A stretch of DNA of 64,000 nucleotides. Origin: an uncultured candidate division Zixibacteria bacterium. Lineage in GTDB: Bacteria; Zixibacteria; MSB-5A5; GN15; FEB-12. Below, piece after piece: positions 18,384 through 27,394 of this stretch; position 1 is the first letter of the stretch; every line of letters begins with the position of its first letter. The position numbers and the translations under genes are program-made. The stretch spans positions 32,001 through 96,000 of the forward strand of contig CAWDXE010000005.1 in the NCBI GenBank assembly GCA_963806185.1, written 5' to 3'. The notes below the pieces were generated by a model. The model did no database searches. It was not told where the DNA came from and was given only the letters and a program-made list of their open reading frames with translations.

Positions 18384-20108
18384 TTAATCCATATTCTCGT
18401 ACCGATACGGATAGTAGTGGGGCTGCCACATGGCGCTGCGAATGAGGTCACTCAGCTTGGCGTCATCGACACGCATCCCCAATCCTTCCTCGCGCGCCTG
18501 TTGTGCAACCGCCAGCGCGACCGCAAACGATATATCGCGCGCATTCTTCAAGGACGGCAGCAAGTATCCCTTTTCGCGAAGATCAGGCGTGACCAGCGAC
18601 GAAATCGCCACACTCGCCGCGTGAAACATGCGGTGGGTGACCTTCTGCGCCTGGCAGACGATCGCCCCCAGCCCCATGCCGGGGAATACATACAAGTTGT
18701 TGCATTGCGAGATGATAATCTCGCGGCCATCAGGTCCGGTAACCGGGGCAAACGGACTGCCCGTAGCCATCAGTGCCCGACCGTTGGTCGCCCGCATGAC
18801 CACCTCGGCGGTCGCCTCGGTGCACGAGGTCGGATTGGACAGCGCCAGCACGATCGGACGATCGGTGTTGACGGCCAGCGTCTGGAGAATCGACTCGGTA
18901 AACGAGCCGCCCTGTCCCGACAGGCCGATGAGGGTCGTGATCCTGGCGTGCTTGACGACTTCCGCCAGATTAGGCGCTTTGTCTTTGGTGACCGGCCAGT
19001 TGGCAATCGTGTCGCGCGGCTGGAGGAAGCGCGTCTGGTATTCATCGGTCCCGGCGCCTTCCATCAGCAGGCCGTTGATGTCGATGGCGAATATCTTGCG
19101 CCGCGCCTCAGCCTCGCTCAGGCCACCCTCCACCGTCATCAACGTCACCAAGGCATTGGCCACGCCGCTTCCGGCCTGACCGAAACCGTAAATTGCTATG
19201 CGTTCATCCGCCAGCGCACGGCCGGTCATCGAAAAAGCCGTGCACAACGCGGCAGCGGCGGTAGCACCGGTGCCCTGAATATCATCATTGAAGCTTAGAA
19301 TCCGATCTTGATACCGGCCGAGCAGAGTACCGGCGTTCTGCTTGCCGAAATCCTCCCATTGCAGAAGGGCGCGCGGGAAGACCCGGCGAACACCCTGTAC
19401 GAACCGCTCGATCACTTCGTAATAGGCATCGCCGCTCAGACGTTTGTGGCGGACGCCGACATACAGAGGGTCGTTGAGCAGTTTTTCGTTATTCGTCCCG
19501 ACATCGATCATCACCGGAAGAGTCGAGGCCGGGTGAATACCGGCGGCGGCGACATAAAGCGAGATCTTGCCGACCGGAATCCCCATCCCGTTGGCGCCCA
19601 GATCACCCAGACCGAGAATCCGCTCGCCATCGGTGGCGACCAGCAGCGAGACGTTGGGCAGACCGGCGTTTTTGAGAATCTTCTCGACACTATCGACGTT
19701 GGTAGGTGAGATGTAGATGCCGCGCCACCGCCTGATAATATGCGACAACGTCTGGCAGGCCTGACCGACCGTGGGCGTGTAGACGATCGGCAGCATCTCC
19801 TCGAGGTGGTGCAGAAGAAGTGAGTAGAAGACCGTCTCGTTGCGATCCAGCAACGCCAAGAGCGAGACATACCTTCCCAGATCAGTCGTTTTGGTATTGT
19901 AAATGGCGTAGTTGCGGGTACGCTGTTCCTCGAGCGAGCCGACTCGTTCCGGCAGGAGGCCGAGCAGGTCAAATTCGACTCGTTCCGATCGACTGAACGC
20001 GTGACCTTTGTTAAGCAGCGGATCGGCGACCAGCGTGTGTCCCCGGTGAGGGACGGCGTAGTAGACTTCGTGGGTGAGTGGGTCGACCCGCATTTCGAAG
20101 CGTTTCAT
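18384..20108 (-). CDS. maeA: NAD-dependent malic enzyme
   Basis: PIVYTPTVG, TDGERILGLGDLG, FNDDIQGTG, LSNPTS, QCNNLYVFPG. Confidence 0.93.
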   Translation of the reverse strand: MKRFEMRVDPLTHEVYYAVPHRGHTLVADPLLNKGHAFSRSERVEFDLLGLLPERVGSLEEQRTRNYAIYNTKTTDLGRYVSLLALLDRNETVFYSLLLHHLEEMLPIVYTPTVGQACQTLSHIIRRWRGIYISPTNVDSVEKILKNAGLPNVSLLVATDGERILGLGDLGANGMGIPVGKISLYVAAAGIHPASTLPVMIDVGTNNEKLLNDPLYVGVRHKRLSGDAYYEVIERFVQGVRRVFPRALLQWEDFGKQNAGTLLGRYQDRILSFNDDIQGTGATAAAALCTAFSMTGRALADERIAIYGFGQAGSGVANALVTLMTVEGGLSEAEARRKIFAIDINGLLMEGAGTDEYQTRFLQPRDTIANWPVTKDKAPNLAEVVKHARITTLIGLSGQGGSFTESILQTLAVNTDRPIVLALSNPTSCTEATAEVVMRATNGRALMATGSPFAPVTGPDGREIIISQCNNLYVFPGMGLGAIVCQAQKVTHRMFHAASVAISSLVTPDLREKGYLLPSLKNARDISFAVALAVAQQAREEGLGMRVDDAKLSDLIRSAMWQPHYYPYRYENMD

Positions 20109-20360
20109 GGCAAGAACTCCTTAGTGACTGCCCCCTTTGGCAATCGGTATTGAAGATTGATGACGCTCCGGCTGATGTCAAGGGTCTGGCCGAAGGCGGG
20201 TAAATGAAGAGGGTATAGACCGTGATGGTACAGCTGAGGTCCTGTCATAATACTTGACAAGGTGGCCGGCAACATTGGTATATTCCAGACGCACACAAAT
20301 CCATAGCCATATTCGCTTGTGGGGAACCTCACCCTGCTTCGCACTGATCGGAGTCGAATC

Positions 20361-20993
20361 ATGACCGCCACAACCGGTTCACGATGGCTTATGTCGCTCT
20401 TACTCGGCCTGATGTTGATCATGGCCGTTGAAATTGGATATCTCATCTACCAGAATAAGCAGCTTCGGGCGCAGCTTGCCGAAGTCAGCCGTCAGTTTGA
20501 ACCGCTGGCAGCCGGGTCGCGGGCGCCGGCGATCAGCGGTCGGGATATTGTCGGTTCCGAACTGGCGATTCGCTACGGCGAGGGCGCGCCGGCGACTATG
20601 CTCTTCTGCTTCTCGGCGTCGTGCGACGCCTGCGAAGGGAATGTGCCGTTCTGGAATTCCCTGTATTCCGAACTCGCGCCGGACCGCCTGCGGTGTGTGG
20701 GGCTGTGTGCCGGGATGGTCGACGAAGCCCGGACTTACGCCAAAACCAATGGCATAACCTACCCGGTACTGAGCATTGTTGACGAGCGGTTGTGGGCGGC
20801 GCTTCACGGTGAAGCGCTGCCGCAGACCATCCTGATCGGACCGGACGGTACGGTCCGGAATGTCTGGATGGGGACGCTGGAGGAAACTCAGCGGAATGAG
20901 ATAACCCGGCTTACGGCTGACTTCCGCCGCTCCGAGCCGGGACAAAATGACAAATTGCCGGTAACTGATACGACAAACAATCAACCACGTTGA
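20361..20993 (+). CDS. Membrane-anchored thioredoxin-fold redoxin (TlpA/MauD-like)
   Basis: N-terminal TM helix, FSASCDAC active site, cis-Pro loop ALPQTILIGPDG; GGAG RBS. Confidence 0.85.
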   Translation: MTATTGSRWLMSLLLGLMLIMAVEIGYLIYQNKQLRAQLAEVSRQFEPLAAGSRAPAISGRDIVGSELAIRYGEGAPATMLFCFSASCDACEGNVPFWNSLYSELAPDRLRCVGLCAGMVDEARTYAKTNGITYPVLSIVDERLWAALHGEALPQTILIGPDGTVRNVWMGTLEETQRNEITRLTADFRRSEPGQNDKLPVTDTTNNQPR

Positions 20994-21008
20994 AAGGAGG
21001 TGAAAGAA

Positions 21009-21188
21009 GTGAAAGCAGTAAAAGCTCTGGTTATTCTTGTCGCGCTGGTAGCGGTGTTCTTTGGCGCGTTCACGATTGCCTCTCCTCAGAAGGTGGAAGC
21101 CGCGAGGTGTTGCTGGGTGATGGTCTGCACGCAGACCCCGCCGATCGTGTGCTGGGAGCAGTGCAAGCCGTGTCCGAAATTTCCGTAG
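21009..21188 (+). CDS. Secreted cysteine-rich small peptide precursor
   Basis: AAAGGAGGTG RBS before GTG at 21009; signal peptide ending VEA; mature ARCCWVMVCTQTPPIVCWEQCKPCPKFP; terminator downstream. Confidence 0.85.
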   Translation: MKAVKALVILVALVAVFFGAFTIASPQKVEAARCCWVMVCTQTPPIVCWEQCKPCPKFP

Positions 21189-21234
21189 ACTTTAGGGTCG
21201 AATGAAATGGAAGGACCGAACTGAAAGTTCGATT

Positions 21235-21260
21235 ATGCCGGGTTAGTCCCGGCATTTTTT
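21235..21260 (+). terminator. Rho-independent terminator
   Basis: ATGCCGGG-TTAGT-CCCGGCAT-TTTTT. Confidence 0.85.
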
Positions 21261-21442
21261 ATCGGCCGGCGGCGGCTGTGCGACGAAAAAAAAGTTGTTG
21301 GATTGACAGTTCAATGCAAAAAGTTTCTTGCACTAGTGGAGACCATCGTATACGTTAGGGGGGAATGAGATACGTTACAGGGAAACTCGCAGATTCGTCT
21401 GCGGTTACACTACACTCACTTAACTCAATCACCGGAGGTCGT

Positions 21443-21553
21443 ATGACACCGTGCAGAACAATGTCGGCTGCTGCGAAAGCAAAAACGGCGAAGAAGAAAC
21501 CCGCTGCGAAGAAGAAAGCGACAAAGAAGCCGGCCAAAAAGGGAAAAAAGTAA
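21443..21553 (+). CDS. 36-aa Lys/Ala-rich, histone-H1-tail-like protein
   Basis: GGAGGT RBS; MTPCRTMSAAAKAKTAKKKPAAKKKATKKPAKKGKK; own terminator. Confidence 0.75.
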   Translation: MTPCRTMSAAAKAKTAKKKPAAKKKATKKPAKKGKK

Positions 21554-21589
21554 CCCGACCGGTCTGACTGATACGATTATCGGTTACGT

Positions 21590-21627
21590 AGCCCCGAGTC
21601 TTGCGACGCGGGGCTTTCGTCTTTTTT
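21590..21627 (+). terminator. Rho-independent terminator
   Basis: AGCCCCG...CGGGGCT followed by TTCGTCTTTTTT. Confidence 0.75.
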
Positions 21628-21662
21628 ACGGCTAGTTTGACGAGTGATCCGCCGAGCGGCCC

Positions 21663-22988
21663 TCACAGCGTCGAGGGTATCCGGGGAGTGGTCAGCAGGT
21701 CTATAAACCGCTTCCAGCGTTCCGAGGGTGGGCCGCTCTCGACATATGATTTCACCAGCTCCTTACCGACCGAATAGCAAATCAGATAGCTTCGATACGA
21801 GTCGTAAAAGCTCATTTTGCGCGGGGCTTCCTTAGCCGTGCAGATGGCTGAAGCGACCAGGGCCCGCTGGGCGGAGTCGGCAGTTATAACACCGTCGAGG
21901 TACACCCTGACTATATCAACCTCCAACTTGCCCAGTTCGGTGCGAATCTTCTGGACGTGAAAGTACCGGTCGGCGTCGGTCGTATCGAGACCGGCGAGCG
22001 GAAACAACACCGACCTGGTAAAGGCCTCTCCCTCGTGATTGGGAAACAGCATATCGTAGGCGTAGTTCGCGATTCCCTCAGACAGCACCGACATCGGACA
22101 GTAGAGCGGCACGACGGAGAATTCAACCCAGCCGCTGTCACGGTACAGATTCTGTTCCAGCAGAGTCAGGTTGGTGTGGTGACCGGGGTATCCCTCGTGA
22201 ACTATCGTTCCCAGCACACCACTGACGCCCACTGGCTGCTCGACATTGACCTGAACCAGTGACTGGCTGTTCCCCTTGAACCAGTTGTAGGCGCCCCACG
22301 GCTCATTCTTCACAAATTCGAGGGCCAAGTTCTCACCCGCGGGGAGCATTACATGCTCGCGTGTGCGGCGACGGGCCTCGGTCAGTGCGGCGTCGTAGAC
22401 GGCAGCGACCTGCTCCGTGGGGACGGTGAATCGTTTGAGGAAATTGTCCAGACGATCGGCAATTGTGCCACGATCGGCAATCGTGCCACGATCAGCGACC
22501 GGACCATTGTCAGGGAGCAGGCGATCGAGCTCATTCAGCAAGCTATCGCGATTGACCACCGTTTGAGACGGTGCCACCACACCGTATATGGCCCGCGACT
22601 CTGAGTCAAAAGTCATTTTCCGACCGTCGAGAATCTCAACGCGGGCAGCGGCGGAGCGAAGGTGAGCCTCTAGATAGGCATATCGCAGGCGGCGCAGCGG
22701 ACTGAAATCGGTGCGATTCAGACTTCTCAGGGCGTCCAGCAAGGCCCCGGTTCGATCGAGTAAGGGATGGACGGGTATGGGTGACTCGTCAGCCGGTTTG
22801 GCGGTGGGCCGCCATTCGGGTGGGCCGAAATATGCGTCAACATACCCCGGATCGTACTGATCGATTTCGAGCGCCAGTTTGACGTACGCCTCGGCAATCG
22901 ATTCGATGGTCATCTTCTTCATATCAATAGCGTGAGCAGCAGCCGCGACCAAAATCGAGACTACGACAACAGCCGAAATGTTTCTCAT
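21663..22988 (-). CDS. Secreted putative zinc metallopeptidase (DUF885-like)
   Basis: Signal peptide; HEGYPGHH and downstream SEGIANYA; internal DRGTIA tandem duplication. Confidence 0.75.
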   Translation of the reverse strand: MRNISAVVVVSILVAAAAHAIDMKKMTIESIAEAYVKLALEIDQYDPGYVDAYFGPPEWRPTAKPADESPIPVHPLLDRTGALLDALRSLNRTDFSPLRRLRYAYLEAHLRSAAARVEILDGRKMTFDSESRAIYGVVAPSQTVVNRDSLLNELDRLLPDNGPVADRGTIADRGTIADRLDNFLKRFTVPTEQVAAVYDAALTEARRRTREHVMLPAGENLALEFVKNEPWGAYNWFKGNSQSLVQVNVEQPVGVSGVLGTIVHEGYPGHHTNLTLLEQNLYRDSGWVEFSVVPLYCPMSVLSEGIANYAYDMLFPNHEGEAFTRSVLFPLAGLDTTDADRYFHVQKIRTELGKLEVDIVRVYLDGVITADSAQRALVASAICTAKEAPRKMSFYDSYRSYLICYSVGKELVKSYVESGPPSERWKRFIDLLTTPRIPSTL

Positions 22989-23087
22989 TTGTACCGCCTC
23001 GTGCTGAAATTGCCTACGCGGAATTTAGCACGGTTGGGCAGGTTTGGAAAGGAAACTCGCGACGTTGCCAAGTGGTCGATGGAAGGC

Positions 23088-23594
23088 TCAGGGGCAGGAT
23101 GGCAGCGGGGTGAAATTGACGAACATGTAATCGATAATGGCGGTCAGGGAGGCGATATCGGGACGATTGGCGGTTGCGCCGGGAGCTGAGGCGTTCTGGC
23201 CGAAGTTTGCCTCGGCATCACAGCAAAGCGGTTTGAAGGAGATGAACAGATAGTCGATGAGGCGGGTCAGATCGACGATATCGATCTGGTCATTCGGGTC
23301 GCAGTCAATGTTGCCGACGAGACCGACGCAGCAGGAGGGGACTGCCTCAGCGTTCCAGAACCCCTGGCTGACGGTGTAGGTGGGCGACAGGCGGACACCG
23401 ACGAATGTTTCTCCGAACGTGCCAACCTCGGTGAAGGTGGCGCTGTGCCCCTTGACGCCGCCGCCGGAGAGGATCTGCTTGACGACTTTCCTGGCCGACG
23501 CGGGCACCGGGTTGGTGGTCTCGGCCGCGGCCATTGTGGCGGCCAGCAGGATCGTCAGTCCGAGGACAAGGGATGTTTTGCGCATAAGTTTCAT
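23088..23594 (-). CDS. Small secreted protein with dockerin-type domain
   Basis: Signal peptide; QGFW linker; CCVGLVGNIDCDPNDQIDIVDLTRLIDYLF...DIASLTAIIDYMF. Confidence 0.8.
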   Translation of the reverse strand: MKLMRKTSLVLGLTILLAATMAAAETTNPVPASARKVVKQILSGGGVKGHSATFTEVGTFGETFVGVRLSPTYTVSQGFWNAEAVPSCCVGLVGNIDCDPNDQIDIVDLTRLIDYLFISFKPLCCDAEANFGQNASAPGATANRPDIASLTAIIDYMFVNFTPLPSCP

Positions 23595-24178
23595 AAATAG
23601 CAATCGTCGAGAAGTCCGGAAGTACAGGTACGTTGTCACCCTTAAGTTGCCTATATGGAGCGATTTTGTCAATCTAAATCTGACAGGGGCGGGGCGGACC
23701 TCGCCGGCCATCTCCCAGGGGGAGAGTTAGGTAGAGAAAAATTACGGCCCTGGCGCACGGGACGTACGCCAGGCACATTTGTGACGATCTTCAATTCGTA
23801 GTTCCGTAGCCCACCTATCAGGTGGGTTTGTCTTTCTCTGGTTTTCCCCTTGCATAGTCCTCTGTGCCAGATTCATCGACGACGAAACTCGCGGAGTTAT
23901 TGGTCCGTCAAGTATCGAAAGGGGAAAGCCAGAGAAGTTCAACCCACCCGTTGGGTGGGGTACGGGTGTACGCCGGCACAGCATCTAACATCGGGCTTCG
24001 ACTTCGCTCAGCCCGACGAACACTCTCTACTTGGCCCCCACCCCGGCCCTCTCTCTGAAGGGAGAAGGGGTAAGAAGAGGACAAGCTTGACGGGGAGATT
24101 GAACGCAGCACCACCTCGAAGACTCGGTTCGGTGCTGCGCTACGTCTCCCTTCCCGGCGAACGTCGGGGCCCGATCTT

Positions 24179-24835
24179 TCAATCCCAACCCGAATTGAAA
24201 GTCGCGACGACAATCAACGCAGTGATCACAATGCCCCCGGCCACGACCGGAGCCATGTACGATCGGCCGGTTCCGCCTATGTATAACCCTGTTCGCCGGC
24301 CACTATAGGGGACCGTCTGGAGCTGTATGCCGTCGAAATAGTAGTTGTACCCTCGAACGGACAGTGACTCAAGGTACAGGTCGATCGAGAAATAATCGCC
24401 CAAGGTCAAAGAGGTCCCCAGATTCAGCCCCACGCCATTCACGTCTTCATTGCTAAGGAAACTGTGGATAAAGACACCGGGCATGAGATCCAGACCGATT
24501 CGGGGAGTGAACCAATAGCGGGCCCGTCCTCGGACGCCCAGTTTGGGGCCTCCGTCACTCGTGGTGAAATGGCCGGAACCGCCCAAAGCCCAGCGATCGG
24601 AGACGTTGCGCATATATCCCAGGTCGGCGGCTAGCAGGGCGGGATCAAGGCCGAAATATTTGGCCGAGCCGGCCGCACGGTAGAAGACGCCGGCTTCGAG
24701 AATGGCAAATGACGAACACTTTGCCCTTGAGCCGCCGCGAAAAGCGAAGCCGGTTGGCGGTTTGTCCTGAGCATGGGCGGACAGGCAGACCAGGAGCAAT
24801 AGTGTGCTCACGACATAGAAGGTGCGATTTGGCAT
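24179..24835 (-). CDS. Secreted beta-strand-rich hypothetical protein, paralog A
   Basis: Signal peptide; shares FRGG, DLGYMRN, RWALGGSGH, RGRARYWFTP with 25556-26203. Confidence 0.75.
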   Translation of the reverse strand: MPNRTFYVVSTLLLLVCLSAHAQDKPPTGFAFRGGSRAKCSSFAILEAGVFYRAAGSAKYFGLDPALLAADLGYMRNVSDRWALGGSGHFTTSDGGPKLGVRGRARYWFTPRIGLDLMPGVFIHSFLSNEDVNGVGLNLGTSLTLGDYFSIDLYLESLSVRGYNYYFDGIQLQTVPYSGRRTGLYIGGTGRSYMAPVVAGGIVITALIVVATFNSGWD

Positions 24836-25555
24836 AGGTTGTTGCTTTCGCGCTTGAGAAAGGATGAAACATAAGATAGAGTGGCGCATGCCTGTCAGTC
24901 AAGCGCGGATGGAGTGTGTGGTCGGCACGCAAAATTACTTTCGATAGTCCCACCTGACAGGTGTAAGAATTCACCCAATCCCCAAATAATAGAGACGACG
25001 GATTCACTCTAGTCACGGGAGGGATTACCGGCTGGAGGGGTTAATACCGGCGATTCGATTGCGTCACACCACCGACTCGCGGCGAGTGACCGGACGTTTG
25101 TGCGGAAGATGTTGTTGCTGAAGTAGCCTCTCTTTCAGGGTGTACTCAGCATTGCAGACCCCCGTGGTGCCCCCGGCGCCACGGGGTTAGTTTTTGTCGC
25201 GCCCAAACGCATAGTGTCCCCTATTGGCCCTCACCCCGACCCTCTCCCGGAGGGAGAGGGGGAAAGAGAACTCTCACGGCCTGGCGCACGAGACGCACGG
25301 CGGGCATTAGGTAGTCACTTCACCGTCGTCACCCTTCGACTGCGCTCAGGGTGACGGGAAAGGTTGCTCAGAGTGACGGGGCGTGTTGCCCTTAGCGACA
25401 AATCAGAACAGAACGTCAGGATCGCCCGCTAAGAAGCGGGGATCCTGACCTACAAGACTGATGACTTGGATCATTCCCCGTGGATTCTGGACCGCTGGTC
25501 CAGAATGACAAGCGAGACTCGTCGTCGGGCTCGCAGGGAGCCTGACCTACTATCC

Positions 25556-26203
25556 TCAATAGTCCACATGCACCGTGTGCGCAAAGATCAGCACGAAAAG
25601 CACGCACCCGGCGAGGAAGGCCGCCCCCGCGTACGATCGACCGGTGGCGCCGAGATAGAGCCCCGTGCGCTGTGCTTTGTAATAGTACAACTCCGGCTGG
25701 ACACCGTCCCTGCGAAAGGCGTGGTCCTCAATCGGGATTGATTCGAGATAAGCGTCGAACGACAACAGCTCTTCAAACGTGAGTGAGAGGCCGAGCGTAA
25801 GCCCCGGGCCGTTCATCTTCTCGTGATCATAGTTGCCGTAAACGATGACACCCGACATCAGGTCGAGTCCCACTTTGGGGGTGAACCAATAGCGGGCACG
25901 GCCGCGAAGACCGACTTTGGCGCCGTCACCATTGAGGTTGACGTGGCCGGACCCGCCCAGCGCCCAGCGGTTGGAGATGTTGCGCATGTAGCCGAGGTCG
26001 ACCATCAGCATGGTCCGGTTGCTGTAGCCATAGGTCGCGGAGCCGACGGCGCGGTAGACGACGCCCGTTTCGAAGAGGGCGAAGGATTTGCAGGAATCGG
26101 CTGGTCCGCCGCGGAACACGAAATTGCTGGGGTCGGCATGGGCCTGACCGATAGCGATTCCTAACCCAAGAATAAGTATGAGTGCAAACGTGCGACTAGA
26201 CAT
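25556..26203 (-). CDS. Secreted beta-strand-rich hypothetical protein, paralog B
   Basis: AGGAGG RBS; signal peptide; clear paralogy with 24179-24835. Confidence 0.78.
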   Translation of the reverse strand: MSSRTFALILILGLGIAIGQAHADPSNFVFRGGPADSCKSFALFETGVVYRAVGSATYGYSNRTMLMVDLGYMRNISNRWALGGSGHVNLNGDGAKVGLRGRARYWFTPKVGLDLMSGVIVYGNYDHEKMNGPGLTLGLSLTFEELLSFDAYLESIPIEDHAFRRDGVQPELYYYKAQRTGLYLGATGRSYAGAAFLAGCVLFVLIFAHTVHVDY

Positions 26204-26304
26204 GACACCCGGCCTCCTGTCGCGAATGAGTTTGAGATTATGTAAAGATAATGACGTGGAAGGGGTGGGTAAAGTGGAAAGGGAAAGGGGGGGCGGGTTC
26301 TGGA

Positions 26305-27334
26305 GCCTGGCGCACGAGACGTACGCCAGGCATGGGGCTACGGTGTGCCGCGCTTAACTCAGATTTTTCGTGCAGACATCGTTTTCACTGACCGCGGTTG
26401 TCAGTGTCTCCGGTTATGAATCACTCAAAGTGGCTGGCGTACGTCCCGTGCGCCAGCTGAATGGGATAAGCCGATCCAGTGGCTGGCGTACGTCCCGTGC
26501 GCCAGCCCGGGAGCAATGCTATGCCGGTAACCCGACTTCGCGGACTCAACGGACCCGCCGTAGTCTTCGTGACCACGACGATCATCAACTGGCAGCCTCT
26601 TCTAGCCGACGCGGTTGCAGCCAAAATAGTGTCGAAGCAGTTGGGTGAAACTGTACGGTTCTTTGACACCGAGTTGTACGGGTATGTCGTCATGCCGACA
26701 CACATTCACTTTCTGGTGAGATTGCCTGAGATCGCAGACCTGTCACGCGTTGTGCAGGCGTTCAAGAGACTTTCGGCGCGGACGTTACTGGCTCAAGGAT
26801 TGACATTGGGAAGTGGAGGGGCAGGAGCGCGGACGGCCTCGCGCATCTGGATGCGCCGGTTTGACGATTTGATGATTGGTAACGAGAAGCGGTTCTGGAC
26901 GAAGCTCGAGTACATTCACGACAACCCGGTGAAAGCAGGTCTAGTGAGTGAGGCGACGGAGTGGGTGTTTTCGAGTGCGGCCGACTGGCTGGGGACCGGA
27001 CGAGGGGTGATCGCTGTATCGAAGGAGGTGCGCTGGTGATGCCGATGGTGACGACTCGCGGCCTGGCGCACGAGACGTACGCCAGGCACGGGGCTACAGT
27101 CCGCATGACGGGTTAGGGGGTGTTGTATTGATACGAGCTAAGAGGATCTGCCTAACTCTATCCAAAGTGGCTGGTGTTGCCGATGGTGACGACTCACGGC
27201 CTGGCGCACGAGACGTACGCCAGGCACGGGGGATATAGTGCGTATGACGTGTTAGGGGGTGTTGTATCAATACGAACTGAGAGGATTAGCCTAACTCTAT
27301 CCAAAGTGGCTGGCGTACGTCCCGTGCGCCAGCC
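26305..27334. mobile_element. REPtron-like locus: RAYT gene flanked by six cognate REP palindromes
   Basis: CTGGCGCACG(A/G)GACGTACGCCAG copies at ~26305, 26430, 26479, 27061, 27198, 27306 in both orientations. Confidence 0.8.
26521..27039 (+). CDS. REP-associated tyrosine transposase (RAYT, Y1 HUH family)
   Basis: FVTTT, YVVMPTHIH (HUH), WMRRFDD, YIHDNPVKAGLV...WVFSSA. Confidence 0.9.
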   Translation: MPVTRLRGLNGPAVVFVTTTIINWQPLLADAVAAKIVSKQLGETVRFFDTELYGYVVMPTHIHFLVRLPEIADLSRVVQAFKRLSARTLLAQGLTLGSGGAGARTASRIWMRRFDDLMIGNEKRFWTKLEYIHDNPVKAGLVSEATEWVFSSAADWLGTGRGVIAVSKEVRW

Positions 27335-27394
27335 GGCAGGGTTGATGTCGGGGTTAGGGGTGCGAAAGCTGAAGTGGTGCGGCTTGAAGCCGAC

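Noticed and set aside
22451..22500. 18-bp tandem repeat (DRGTIA) in the DUF885-like gene
   Set aside because: In-frame slippage in a probable loop; no further implication
25059..25121. Short frame ending LCGRCCC as a second Cys-rich peptide
   Set aside because: Only a TTG start, poorly spaced RBS and no signal peptide
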